From Geosiphon pyriformis uo1 (lineage: Eukaryota > Fungi > Glomeromycota), in NCBI GenBank assembly GCA_016748015.1, contig JAAOMT010000675.1, positions 682,001 through 746,000 on the forward strand: DNA of 64,000 nucleotides, in the 5' to 3' direction. The position numbers and the translations under genes were made by a program. Of the stretch, positions 1 to 11,981 are shown one piece after another. The notes under the pieces are model-generated. The model was not told the origin of the DNA. It saw nothing but the letters and a program-made list of their open reading frames with translations, and ran no database searches. Position 1 is the first letter of the stretch. Each line of letters opens with the position of its first letter.

Positions 1-586
1 TAAGACTGAAAAACAATAGAGTGAGAAATTTGAACATAAATAGGATAGACCATTTTATATCTACGAAATTCTAAGCAATGGATCATATAAGTTAAGACTT
101 AATGACAAAGTACTAATAAAAGTTGCACATAGAAATCAATTAAAATACTTAAAAACAAATAAAACCCTATATCCAAAAATAATTTCTTTGTTTTTTTTCA
201 AGATTTTGTTTATTAGTTAGTTATTTTTATTATGATTATTTCTCAAAATATTTAACAAATATCCCAAAAATTAATGTTAGTCTTGAAAACATTTCCTGAC
301 CTATCTATAACAATTAATAAAAGTTAAATTAATTACACTCAAAAAAAAACCACAATACCAGTAGAAAATTATTCTTAGAATTATCACTCTTATAGAAAAA
401 AAACAAGAAGTTATTCTGAAATTCAGTTATCAAAACTGTTAAAGCAAGCACTAAAAGAAAACCTTTTATTTGCCCTTATTGATATTCTACCAAATGCCAC
501 AATCTAACAAAAACTTCTACTATTTTTCAATGAACAGAACAATAATTATACCCTTATCTATAGATATTTTCATATTAAAAGAACAC
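1..586 (+). mobile_element. LTR retrotransposon family B, left internal remnant: integrase C-terminus and start of an extra 3' ORF, interrupted by element A1
   Basis: 1-150 translates, through stops, to KTEKQ.SEKFEHK.I.PFYIYEILSNGSYKLRLNDKVLIKVAH, similar to the integrase tail of A1 (8850-8990). The frame HIKRT|LYKRKLELE continues after A1 is removed. Confidence 0.75.
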
Positions 587-1453
587 TATTACTTATAGAA
601 TATAGGAAGTATATTAGCATATAAATTAGCCAATTAGAAGTAGCCATAATAAATGTGGAATTCCAGGGTTCCTCTCAAAGAAATTACAGAATTTTAGAAA
701 TTTCAGAATTCTTATACAAGGAATCACAAAATTCCAGAATTCCAGGATTTCTCTCAAAGAAATTACAGGATTTCAAAAATTTCAGAATTCCTGGTGTGAA
801 GAATTAAGGAATTGAGGAATCTCAATTATGTATATATATTAGCATTAGAAGTAAAAAAGACAAATCTCTTAGTTTAGATTTGATCTAAGCAAACTTCTAT
901 TCACAAATATCAATAAATAATTATTTACTATCTCAATTTACTCTCTACTATCAACATTTCATGTTGATAAAAATTGATACTTAATCACTTTAGAACAATA
1001 GCTCTTGATCATGGCTATTGATAAAATACTAATATTTATTATCTTGGCTTATTTTTTTATTTTTTATTTTTTATTTCCTTTCATTTTTCTTTTGTTATTT
1101 CTTTTTGTGTTACTAATTGATTAAAAAGAAAAGCACTGAATTATTGATGTCAAGAATAACCTGGTAAAAGATCTTAAAGGAAGAATATAACATTGAAAAT
1201 TTAAGAATAGCTTACTAGAAGGACATTTCTGCCAGATTACCGGCCACCATACTGAGAAAAAAATTCGATGGAATTGCAATTCTGGGAGACTACTGAGAAG
1301 ACAACAATTGAATTTCTGTCTATTATACAAAAGACTTAACCAAAACCTTCAGACAAATAACACCTTCAGATTACCATCATCACAAATAGCTTTTAAGCAC
1401 CAAGTTATGGGTTTTGTTATTTGATTTAAGACCCCAAATAATTATCTGTAATA
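587..1453 (+). repeat. 5' LTR of A1
   Basis: Direct repeat of 9820-10671; U3 GGAATTCCAGGATTC-type array at ~655-830, TATA-like element at ~830, AATAAA at ~912. Confidence 0.93.
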
Positions 1454-1455
1454 TT

Positions 1456-1470
1456 TGGTGCTCTCTGTGA
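1456..1470 (+). promoter_or_regulatory. Primer-binding site of A1
   Basis: TGGTGCTCTCTGTGA lies 2 nt after the LTR end; the same motif occurs in A2 (~58624-58640, minus strand). Confidence 0.85.
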
Positions 1471-1515
1471 AATATAATCTTACAGAAAACCAGCACCAAC
1501 AACTATCATCCAAAA

Positions 1516-4500
1516 GTGGCAGAATCAGAAATCATAGGAGCAAACCATTTAGAATTTGCCAAATCTTTGTTTCAACAGTACAGCCAACAATTAGGATTAA
1601 ACAATAACTATTTCCCAGCAAAATCAGTCTTTAACTTTTATGTCAATAATAAAATCACAGACTGCTTAGGAAGAACAGTTAACATTGAATCTACAAGAAA
1701 AAATTTCTATACAGAATTGTTTCAACATACCAACTTACCAAAAAACTACAGTTTTATACCAATCATCAAGGAAATCAATTAAATTATTAAAAAGTACACC
1801 CAACAACAATTCTCTATTACTTATGCAGATAAAGGCAAAGAAAGATTGCAAACACCAGTGATAATACCCAAAAAGATACAACCACTCACTTAAAAGAAAA
1901 CCTGAGTTGAATTACCAACCAATCTATCATATCATTATACATCAGAAAGTACCATTAATATCTTTTTAGCAGATGTGTCCACATCAAATACGACATCAAT
2001 CTTGAGACAATTCTCATTTCAAAGTAAACAAAGAAGAACAGAATTATTAGGACCATATGGCAAATATTTTGAAAGATTTAAATTGTGATTACTAATGCCA
2101 TTAAGACTTCAATCACCACCACCCCCACCAGATTTTGGAACAGCTGATCTGTGGGAAGTAACAGAATCAGAAAAAGAGGAAAAAAAAGAAAGTAAAAATT
2201 TACTTACTAAAACCTGATCCTAGAAAATCTGGAAGTTAAAACCCCAAACATTCAAACTCAGCAAATGCAAAACAATCCAAACTCTGAAACAATTAATTAG
2301 TAAAACTTACCTCCAGTAATCATCATCAATCAGCCACTAATTGAACTAATTATTGAACCAATTCAACAGCAGCCACTCCAGCAACTTATTCAATAACCAT
2401 TTCAACCACTTCAACAACTACAACAATCATTTCAACAGCTACAACAACAACTTCAACCACTACCATCACAACAACAACAATAAATAACATATGCACCAAT
2501 CACAAAACTCAAAAAATTCATTGGCAAAGAGGATGATATTTAAGTGTGGCTGAAAAATATTGAAAAAATCATCACAGCCAATGGATAGAATGATGTCAGA
2601 GCCATGCAAGCCATCCCCTATTTTCTCCAAGATACTGTCAATTCATGGTATCAAAGCTTAGCCAACAAACTTCAGAATTTCAATGCATTCAAGCTTGCAT
2701 TCCTACAATATTTCAGTAATAATAATAGCATCAACTGATTGGTCAACACTTTTACCACCATCAAGTAAGGAGAAAATGAAGCAGTTACTACTTACTTAAG
2801 ACACTTCTACAGAAATCTGCACCAAATTCAGGCCATATAGGCTGATTATTTCACAGTGCCACAAATCTTAAATCAATTCATTAGAGGCCTGTATAGTAGC
2901 ATTCTCCAATACATATGTCTAATGCATTCAGCAGACTTTTAAGCTGTAATTACAAACATCAGAGATTTTGAAGCAGCTAAACTCGAAGCCAACTACACCC
3001 AAGCCATAAATCTAGTGATGAACAGATCATTTGACTCAGATTCCAAATTGAAGCAATTCAGTGAATTAATCAACCAGAAATTGGAAAAATACTTAACTAA
3101 CACCAATCAAACAATTTATCAACCTCCACAATGATGCAACAATCAGAGAAACTCAAATTGTTTCCAAAATCAATCACGTCCATTATTGTCAACCAATCAA
3201 CAATGGCAACAAAAAATACATGCTTGCCATTATTGTGGTAAACAAGGATATCTGCAATTCAACTGTCGAAAAAGAATAAGTGACCAATAATTGGGAAATC
3301 AATATCAAAACCCTGATTGCTGATTTCAAACTCTGGGTTACCAACCAAACTCAGAACTATATCAACCAAATTATCTACCTATGACACAGCAGCAAATTTA
3401 TCAAACACCAATTTATCAGCCTCCAGCATCCATAGTTTATTAACTGTAGTTCCAACCTATTTATCAATCACAGCCCCAATCTATCTATTAGCTGCAGTCT
3501 CAAATAATATATCAATTATCACTAATTTTAACACTACCATCAAACTCAGCTCTAATAACATTAGAGAACCCTAGATCAAGAGTTACCCAAAACTGAAGAT
3601 CAGTAATGGTTGTTTACCAACTAATCCTTAGCTTCTTAAACCAGTCATTGAAATCATGCCAGTGAAATTCAAAAACTGGGTACACACAAAATCCAAGTTT
3701 CTAGAACTATTTAAGTCTCCTAGTAACTCTAGAAGATACCACATCCCACAAATTGAAAATAAAACAAAAGCAGCCATTTACCAACAATATCTTATCAGCA
3801 ATCATTATAGAAGACAAATCACTTGCTGCTATCTTCCCTTTTGAATTCAAAAAACCAGTTGAAATGCTATTATTCAGTAAAGCCACTCTAGAATTAAAAC
3901 CCATTACTGCAATATATACGAATGCTAAAATTGATGAACAGTACATTAAACTGATTCTAGATAGTAGATTAGCTGGCAGCATTATCACAAGACAGCTTAT
4001 GAACCAATTAGATCACCAAGTTGATCAAGCTGCCAGTACAAGGATAATTACAGCTAATGAAGCCACCAAGACTCCAATTGGTAAAATAGATAACCTACTC
4101 ATCAAAGTCAATAGCATTATCATACCAATCAAGGTATTAGTCATGAAAGCTACTTAATACTAAGTACTTATTGGCAATGACTGGCTGTTCAAAACCAATA
4201 TGACACTTGATTGAAACATGCAGAAGCTTCAACTTAGCCAAAACAGTTGACACACACGTGTCTTAGTCATGTATGGCCATTTTAAGACCACCAACACACT
4301 AGCACCACTCATTGAATTTGAAGAAGAAGAAAAAAAACCTATCTGGAAAACCTATCAAGTATTATGGGCTGAAAATGACTACAATGAATTACCACCAATA
4401 CCCTTCTGGGACAACAATAGAAAAAGAAAACAAAAGGAAAAACTTACCTAGAATGCTGACCAAGTCTGAAGAATTGACAATAACTCTGATGAATTACCAA

Positions 4501-7500
4501 CTTGGAAGTAGAAAAAAAATACAAAAAAAAAAAGAAAAGGAAAAGAAGAAGAGCCAGCACCAATCACCACCACCATTTATATTCTCTACACCTATACTAT
4601 ATCACTACCACCTAACTATTGCTAACTGAAACTAGTATGCATTGACTGTAGCAAGAAATTGTCCACAATGGATGCATGCTATGGTAACAATGAAGAATAG
4701 CAAACAGCACTAAATTTTATTGCCACCCATGCAACATTGAATGGTTTGAATGACCAAAAAGACAAGAAAAATAGGACAACAAACCATGCTTGGCTTGTGG
4801 CAAAACTCTCCTCAACAAAAAAATGTGGAATGACATTTCTGGGAGAGGAGAAACATGTGACAAATTGTGCCAATACATGATCTTAATAAGTAATTGGGTA
4901 AGAAAAGAAACACCAATAGAAGCAGCCTAGAGGAGAGCAATAAAATGATTAGATAAATGTTCATACAATGATGACAAAATTTGGCAAATGGCTCTCACCA
5001 AAATTGAAAAAGTGTTACCAGAAGAAATCAAGATGATTAAGAACAATCCACCAAAACCTATAAAACTCAATTGGAACTCAAAACCAGTCATCAATTTTTT
5101 GGACCCAGAACAATTCTATGAACACTATCAAGAATTAGCACCCACATGGGAAGAACAAGAGCAATAGTTAGAAAAAATAAACACAAGACTATGTAACTAC
5201 TGTTTGATTCCATATAACTTTTAATATTATAATGAGTGTGACCTCATTTACAATCCACCACCATGCATGATCTACACAATTCCAAAGAAAGACAAACCAA
5301 TCAGCAGCTGTGCATTAGAATCGGAATCAACTTTCAATTCCAATTCAAACTCTGACAATGATAACAATGAAAACAATGGTTCCAGCTTTGCCCAAGATGG
5401 CAATAAAAATAACAATAATTTGAACTCTAATACAAATCCTAAAACATACATTGCACTTCCTGATCTCACCAAAAAGCAAGAGCTAAAATGGTTCAGCAAT
5501 AATAATAAAGATATTATGCCCAAATGTGTACATGATACTGATGTAGAGTTTGATTTAAGATATCCAGGAAAAGATATCATCAAATTGAAACCACATTTGC
5601 ACATATGCATTGATCTCAAGATAGCATTAGAAATTCCAACAACAACAATGGCTCAATTAGTATCTAGGAGTAGCTTAGCAAAAAAAGGAATCAACATCAG
5701 AGGAGAGATAATTGACACAGAATATATAGAAAATATTATTACTATACTACAAAATGATTTGAAAAAGGCCTATATTATAGAACCAAATAAAAAAATAGCA
5801 CAGACAATATTCCTGCTTCTGATTAAAGTAGCTCAATTAGTGTCAGTAGGAAACAAGGAAAAATTAGGGATTATGACTAGAGAAATACAGGGTTTCAAAT
5901 CTACAGATAGAATAGATGTACTAATTAATATGGCAGAAAAAAAAATTGTTGACAAGGAAAAAATTATCTCTACTTATTAATTAATTTTCATTTTATCATA
6001 TGACTAGTACATGGTAGTTATAGAGAGAAAAGTAAAGAATCAAGTTCAGATTTTTAAGACAAAAGCAACACTTTGTGGATCAGAAGAGATTGGATTAGTC
6101 AATTTATACATACCAGCCAAGAATTACAGTTACATCAAAATTCCCATTTACAACAATACAGAAAACGTTATCAAGATACCAAAAAGAACTATCATTGAAT
6201 ACTTAACCACTGAAATTAAAAACCAACTGCCAAACACCATTCCAGATTTTCTACAACTGTGTGAATATATAAATATCACATTTCAAATAATATATGAACA
6301 AGAAGAATACTATTTGCTCTAGCCAGAACAGTTGGAATAAATGAACATAAGAAACTTGGATCCACTACAATGTATGCAGCTTAAGATGTTACTTAACAAT
6401 TTCAATAATATCTTTGCCAGTGAAAACAAATTTGGCAAAACTGACATCATCCAACATTAAATCAAGACTGAAGATGTAATGCCAATTAAACAAAGAGCAT
6501 ACAGAGTACTACCAGCTAGCCATGAAATTATTCATCAAGAAATCAATTGAATGCTTGACAATGGGTTAATTCAGCTATCAATGAGCTCATGGTTATTATC
6601 AGTAGTATTAGTCTGTAAGAAGAATAGAAAAATCTGCTTTTGTGTGGATTACTGGAAACTAAATGAAGTAACAAAAGAAGATAGCTACTCAACTCCAAAG
6701 ATTCAAGAACTTTTCAATGCTTTTGAAGAAAAGAAATGGTTTTTAATATTAAACTTAGACAGTAGTTACTGGCAGGTAGCCATAAAACCAGAAGACAAAA
6801 AGAAAATGGCTTTTACAATACAAAAAGAGAACTTCAAATTCAAAGTTATGCCATTTGGCTTAATAAATGCTCCAGCCATTTTTCAGTAACTTATGGAAAT
6901 TGTTTATACTAAGTTATTATGAAAATCAGTAGTCATATACTTGAATAACACCAATGTGTTCTCAAAAACATTTGATAATCATCTGCATTATCTTTAACAA
7001 GTATTTGAAAGACTCAGACAAGCAGGATTGAAATTAAATACAAATAAATGCTTTTTTTGCAAAATAGAACTCAAGTTTTTGGAACATATTGTAAGCAAAA
7101 ATAGTATTAAAATAGATCCAGACAAGATTGAGATTGTTAAGAACTTTCCAGTACCAAATAATCTCACAGAATTAAGAGCATTCTTGGGATTTGTTGAATA
7201 CTACTGCCACTTTATCAAAAACTTTTTCAAAATAGCTCAACCACTACACCAACTTTAAACAAAAAACACCAAATATGAGTGGACTAAAATCCAACAAAGT
7301 CTTTGACACACTAAGAAAAAAACTTATTCAAGCCCCAATATTAATCTATCTAGACTACAACAAACCATTTATCATCACCACCAATACATTAGACCAAGCA
7401 TTGAGAGCAGTACTATTGCAGAAAAAACCAGATGGAAGAGAACATCCAGTAGCTTATACTAGTAAAAGATTAAGTCCAGCTAAAAAAAATTATAGAACTT

Positions 7501-9127
7501 TAACATTGAAACACTTAGCTATCTATTGGGCTGTCATTAAATAGAAAGAATACTTGAGTTAAAAGTTTGATGTGTACACTGATCACAAAGGATTGACTTT
7601 AATTTAGAAGCAAGAATTTGGAGACAATTGTCATGTCAGATAGAAAATAGAACTTTCATCATTTAATTATATAATACATTACAAAAAAGGAAAAAAAAAT
7701 GAAAATGCTGACAGATTGTCACGAATGAGACAAATCTAAAAACATATCAACCCAAAAATATAACAAAAAAATGAATATACAAAAATATCAACAACTTCAA
7801 CATTATATAAATACCAAATTGTTCAAGAAGAAATTATTTCAAAAGGAGCAAAAGAACATAAAACAACAATCAAAATATTTTATCAACCATCAAAATATAC
7901 TTTATCAGAAAAACAAAAGAAATATAGACCAACCAACTAGAGTAATCACAGAACCAGAGAAAGAGGCAATATTATTCAACATGCACTCAGATCCAACAAC
8001 AAGACATTTTCATAAAGAAACAACCATGAAAAAAACCAGAAAAGATACTATTGGCTATCAATGTATCCAGACATCATTCAATATGTTTAAAATTGTAATG
8101 CTTGTCAAAAAAAAAATAAAACAAAACCCAATAAACCATTAAGATTGATCAAAATGAAACAACCATTTGATTACATTGAAATTGACTTGGTCAGACCATT
8201 AATAATAACCAGTAGAAGCAACAGATATATCACAGTAGCCATGAATTATCTTACAAAATGGCCAGAAGCAAAAGCCATTTAAAGAGCAGATGTAGAATTT
8301 GTTGCTAAATTCATTCATCAAGATTTGATCTGTTAACACAGATGTCCAAAAAAACTTACTTTGTAAATAAAACATTGGCAGAATTAAGTCAAAAATTTGG
8401 GATAAAAAGACCATTATCATTACCATACCATTCACAAACAAATGGGTTAGTTAAAAAGTTTAACAGAACATTGTGTGAAGTCATTGCCAAAATTAGCCAA
8501 AAAAACCAGGACAAATGAAATTTGTTTATACTATCAGTGTTATTTGCTTATTGAACAATGAAGCAAGACACTATACAAGCAACATCATTTAAACTAATAT
8601 ATAGTAGAACAGCAATCTTACCAGTTAAGATAGAAGTCAAAACATATTCAACAGAACCAATAACAGAAAAAAATTTTCAAAGAACATTGTTAAGAAGAAC
8701 ATATAATTTAATGGAAACACTAGAAAACAAATGGCAAAGAGCAGCTGATAACATCCAAAAGTCACAAAAAAAACAAAAAAAAAGACACAATAATCAACTA
8801 CCAGAAAAACCAGTTGAATTCAAGATTGGAAACAAAGTACTTCTATACTATACCAAAGCAAAAAAACAATGGAATAGAAAATTTGACCCCAAATGGAACA
8901 GACCATTTTACATAGAAAAAATTCTTAAAAATAAAGCTTATAAATTAAGGTTGAACAACAAAATCTTAGCCAAAGCAGCACATAGTAATTAACTAAAACC
9001 ATATCACTCTATAGTATTATCATCCACTAGTAATATTCCACAATTAGAAGTACAGAGACTACTAATTCAACCAGATAAGATTCCATGAGATCTAGAACCA
9101 ATTATAATTATTGAACCAAACACATAA
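1516..9127 (+). pseudogene. A1 gag-pol pseudogene (Gag with CCHC knuckle, aspartic protease, Cys-rich domain, dUTPase, RT, RNase H, integrase)
   Basis: Motifs: CHYCGKQG.LQFNC (~3222), LILDS..AGSII (~3950), FDLRYP/SRSSLAKKG (~5550-5690), CVDYWKLN and MPFGL.NAPAIFQ (RT), EHPVAY (RNase H), HSDPT..HF...C.AC and IDLV.PL (integrase). Many nonsense transitions. Confidence 0.92.
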
Positions 9128-9164
9128 AATTGAACAACTAAAAAAGTATATAAAAACATAGTAT

Positions 9165-9805
9165 ATGCAACAAAAGACAACAGAAAATAGAAATTACTAA
9201 TAGCATTTACTTACTAGCACAACAACTTTTTCAACTGATCCAACAACAAGAGATGGAAATTACAATTAACCAACAAACTATCAGATACACAAACACCAGA
9301 AAAAAACCATGAGATAAAATACAGAGAAAAACAGAAAACACTGTAGACAAAATAATTACAAAAGTAAAATTGACAATAGAAACACAACCAAAAGTCACCC
9401 AATATTAGGAGTTGACTATAGAAACTTGGAATTAGTGAATACAACAATTTCCAAGAAACTTTTGTTACTTTTATTTGGAACAACACTTGAACATTCAGGG
9501 CTTGTATACAGATAAAACAAAATAATTATTTGACACAACAATATTGCAACAACTGGAACAATTTATGAAGAAGAACAATTTAATTACACAAACAAGAGCT
9601 ATTTATTGGCTACACACTGGATTTTAAGATCAACCAAAAATCTTACTCAATCCAGAAATAAACTCTGTTATCATTAACCAAATGGGAAAAATAACCAATG
9701 CTCAATTTGAAGAATTACAGAACAGAATAGTACAAGTAATTCTTAAGAAGAAAGTTCAAAGACAGAAAATTAAAATTAGAAGATCTTGATGGAGCTCAAT
9801 ATTAA
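9165..9805 (+). pseudogene. Extra ORF3 of A1 between pol and PPT, function unknown
   Basis: Peptide LEQHLNIQGLYTDKTK.LFD..ILQQL...GKITNAQFEELQ is conserved with A2 (51614-51954). Start position is approximate. Confidence 0.7.
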
Positions 9806-9819
9806 AAAGAAAGAAATAA

Positions 9820-10671
9820 TGTTACTCATAGAATATAGGAAATATATTAGCATATAAATTAGCCAATCAGAAGTAGCCATAGTAAATATAAAATTCCAGG
9901 ATTCTTCTTAAAGAAATTGTAGGATTCCAAGAATTTCAAGATTCTCATATAAGAAATTACAGGATTCCAGAATTTCAGGATTCCTCTCAAAGAAATTGCA
10001 GAATTCTAAAAATTCCAGAATTCTTAGTGTAAAGAATCAAGAAATTGAAGAATCTCAATTATGTATATATATTGGTAGTATTAGAAGTAGAAAAAACAGA
10101 CCTTTCAGTTTAGATTTGATCTAAACAACCTTCTATTCACAAATATCAATAAATAATTATTTACTATCTCAATTCACTCTCTACTATCAACATTTTATGT
10201 TGATAAAAATTGATACTTAACCACTTTGGAACAATAGCTCTTGATCATGGCTATTGACAGAATACTAACATTTATTGTCTTGGCTTATTTCTTTATTTTC
10301 TTTATTTTATTTTCTTTTATTTTTCTTTCATTATTTCTTTTTGTGTTACTAATTAATTAAAAAAAAAGTGCTGAATTATTAACATCAAGGATAGCCTGGT
10401 AAAAGACCCCAAAGGAAGGGTATAATATTGAGAATTTAAGAATAGCTTACCAGAAAAACATCTCTGTCAGATTACCAGTCACCATGCTAAAAAAGAAATT
10501 CAATGGAATTGTGATTCCAAGAGGTTACTAAGAAGACAACAATTGAATTTCTGTCTATTATACAAAGGACTCAACCAAAATCTTCAGATTACTATCATCA
10601 CAAATAGCTTCTGAGTATTAAGTTACAGATTTTGTTATTTGATTTAAGACCCCAAATAATCACCTGTAACA
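9820..10671 (+). repeat. 3' LTR of A1, preceded by PPT AAAAAGAAAGAAATAA
   Basis: TGTTACTCATAG...CCTGTAACA; matches 587-1453. Confidence 0.93.
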
Positions 10672-10675
10672 ACAC

Positions 10676-11981
10676 TTTATAAACGAAAACTGGAACTTGA
10701 AGCAACAAATATTACTTCTGAAACTATACAAAAACAAATTCACAATGAATTTAAGACAGCAGCTAGACCAACAAACACTTGTTACAAACTTAGAATAGCA
10801 TTTAGATTCTATAATTTATTCAACATTTGTGAAAATGTCCTACAAAATCCAATACTTCATCCAATGAAGATTTAATATATTAGAAAGCTTACAGAACTGA
10901 AATTTTAACAATTTTCAGACCAGATCATTTCAATTATCTTGGATTACTATCTTGATATTACAGATAGTGCTTGAACTTTAATAAAGCTCAGTCTTAAGGA
11001 GAAGATTATATTAACAATAGAATTTTAGCTATTAATTAACATGAAATTATTCTTATAATTTCTATTATTAATTAGCATATATTATTATTATTTTGATTAT
11101 CACTTATTATTTAATCAAATTATTAAATATCATCACTCAATTAATAATCCAATTTGTACCATAAAAATTAAGATGATTAAATTACACAATACTCTGAACT
11201 ATTTAATATAGTCAAAATTTGCTGAAATTAATGAAAATTGGCCGAAATAATCAATAATTGGTAGAAATAATTTGTAGTTCACCAAAATGTATCTTTAGTT
11301 TACTAAAATTAAAACAAAGAGAAAAATGCAAGTTCAAAAACTAGTACTATAACAAGTTGTATAAAAAAAAGCTTTTCTCTTTAAAAAATAGTATTTTCTT
11401 ATAGTATTTTATCATAGTATCTTACTTTAGATATCATAATTAGAACAAATCATCTTTTATACATCTCAAATAAAAATTAAAATATTTAAAAACCAAATTC
11501 TTGATTATTACACTTGAAATTTTCTCAACACAAACTAATATTTTGAAATTAATTAGCTATTAATTTCAGTAAACTGTTAGTAACTCCAGGCCTGAATATA
11601 AAATGTTTTCCTTGACAAAATTTTATTTCTTTTATATTTTTTATATTTATATTTTTCTTTTTTTATTATAATTATTAAGATAGTCTACAGACAAGATTTC
11701 TGTAGAAAAGTTGACTTTCACAGCAAAATAACTACACATTTTAGTGAGCTTCTAGACAAGCAATTTCTGGGAAAGAGTTGATGTTTACTACAATAGAATT
11801 ACATAAAATAACTGGTAAGAAATTGGCCATTTTACTTATAAGTCCAGCAGTTCAAATTATAGAAGATAATTTGAAAATAAATTCAGTTATTAGAAATTCA
11901 ACTACTTCCAGAAAACAGAAATTCACAACAAACAGACATTAACAACATTCAAAAAAAGAGACCAAAAAATCTTTGATAACA
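10676..11981 (+). mobile_element. Family B element right part: end of extra ORF, PPT and 3' LTR (11009-11981)
   Basis: Purine tract AAGGAGAAGA followed by a 973-bp LTR homologous to the reverse complement of the solo LTR at 16754-17727; ends GATAACA. Confidence 0.85.

Larger units (their letters stand above)
587..10671 (+). mobile_element. Full-length degenerate Ty3/gypsy LTR retrotransposon A1
   Basis: LTRs at 587-1453 and 9820-10671 with T(G/A)TTAC...TGTAA(C/T)A ends; 4-bp TSD ACAC at 583-586 and 10672-10675; PBS and PPT present; domain order gag-PR-RT-RH-IN. Confidence 0.95.

Noticed and set aside
655-830. Regularly spaced GGAATTCC-rich repeats resembling a CRISPR array
   Set aside because: No unique spacers, no cas genes and a eukaryotic context; it is the LTR U3 tandem array.
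3317-3574. Thr/Ser/Asn-rich ORF as a separate gene
   Set aside because: It is an alternative frame of the Gln/Pro-rich Gag tail.
8990-9127. Chromodomain at the integrase C-terminus
   Set aside because: Only a short Pro/Ile-rich tail; no chromodomain aromatic pattern.
9165-9805. ORF3 as a retroviral env gene
   Set aside because: Too short, and no signal peptide, furin site or transmembrane helix is visible.
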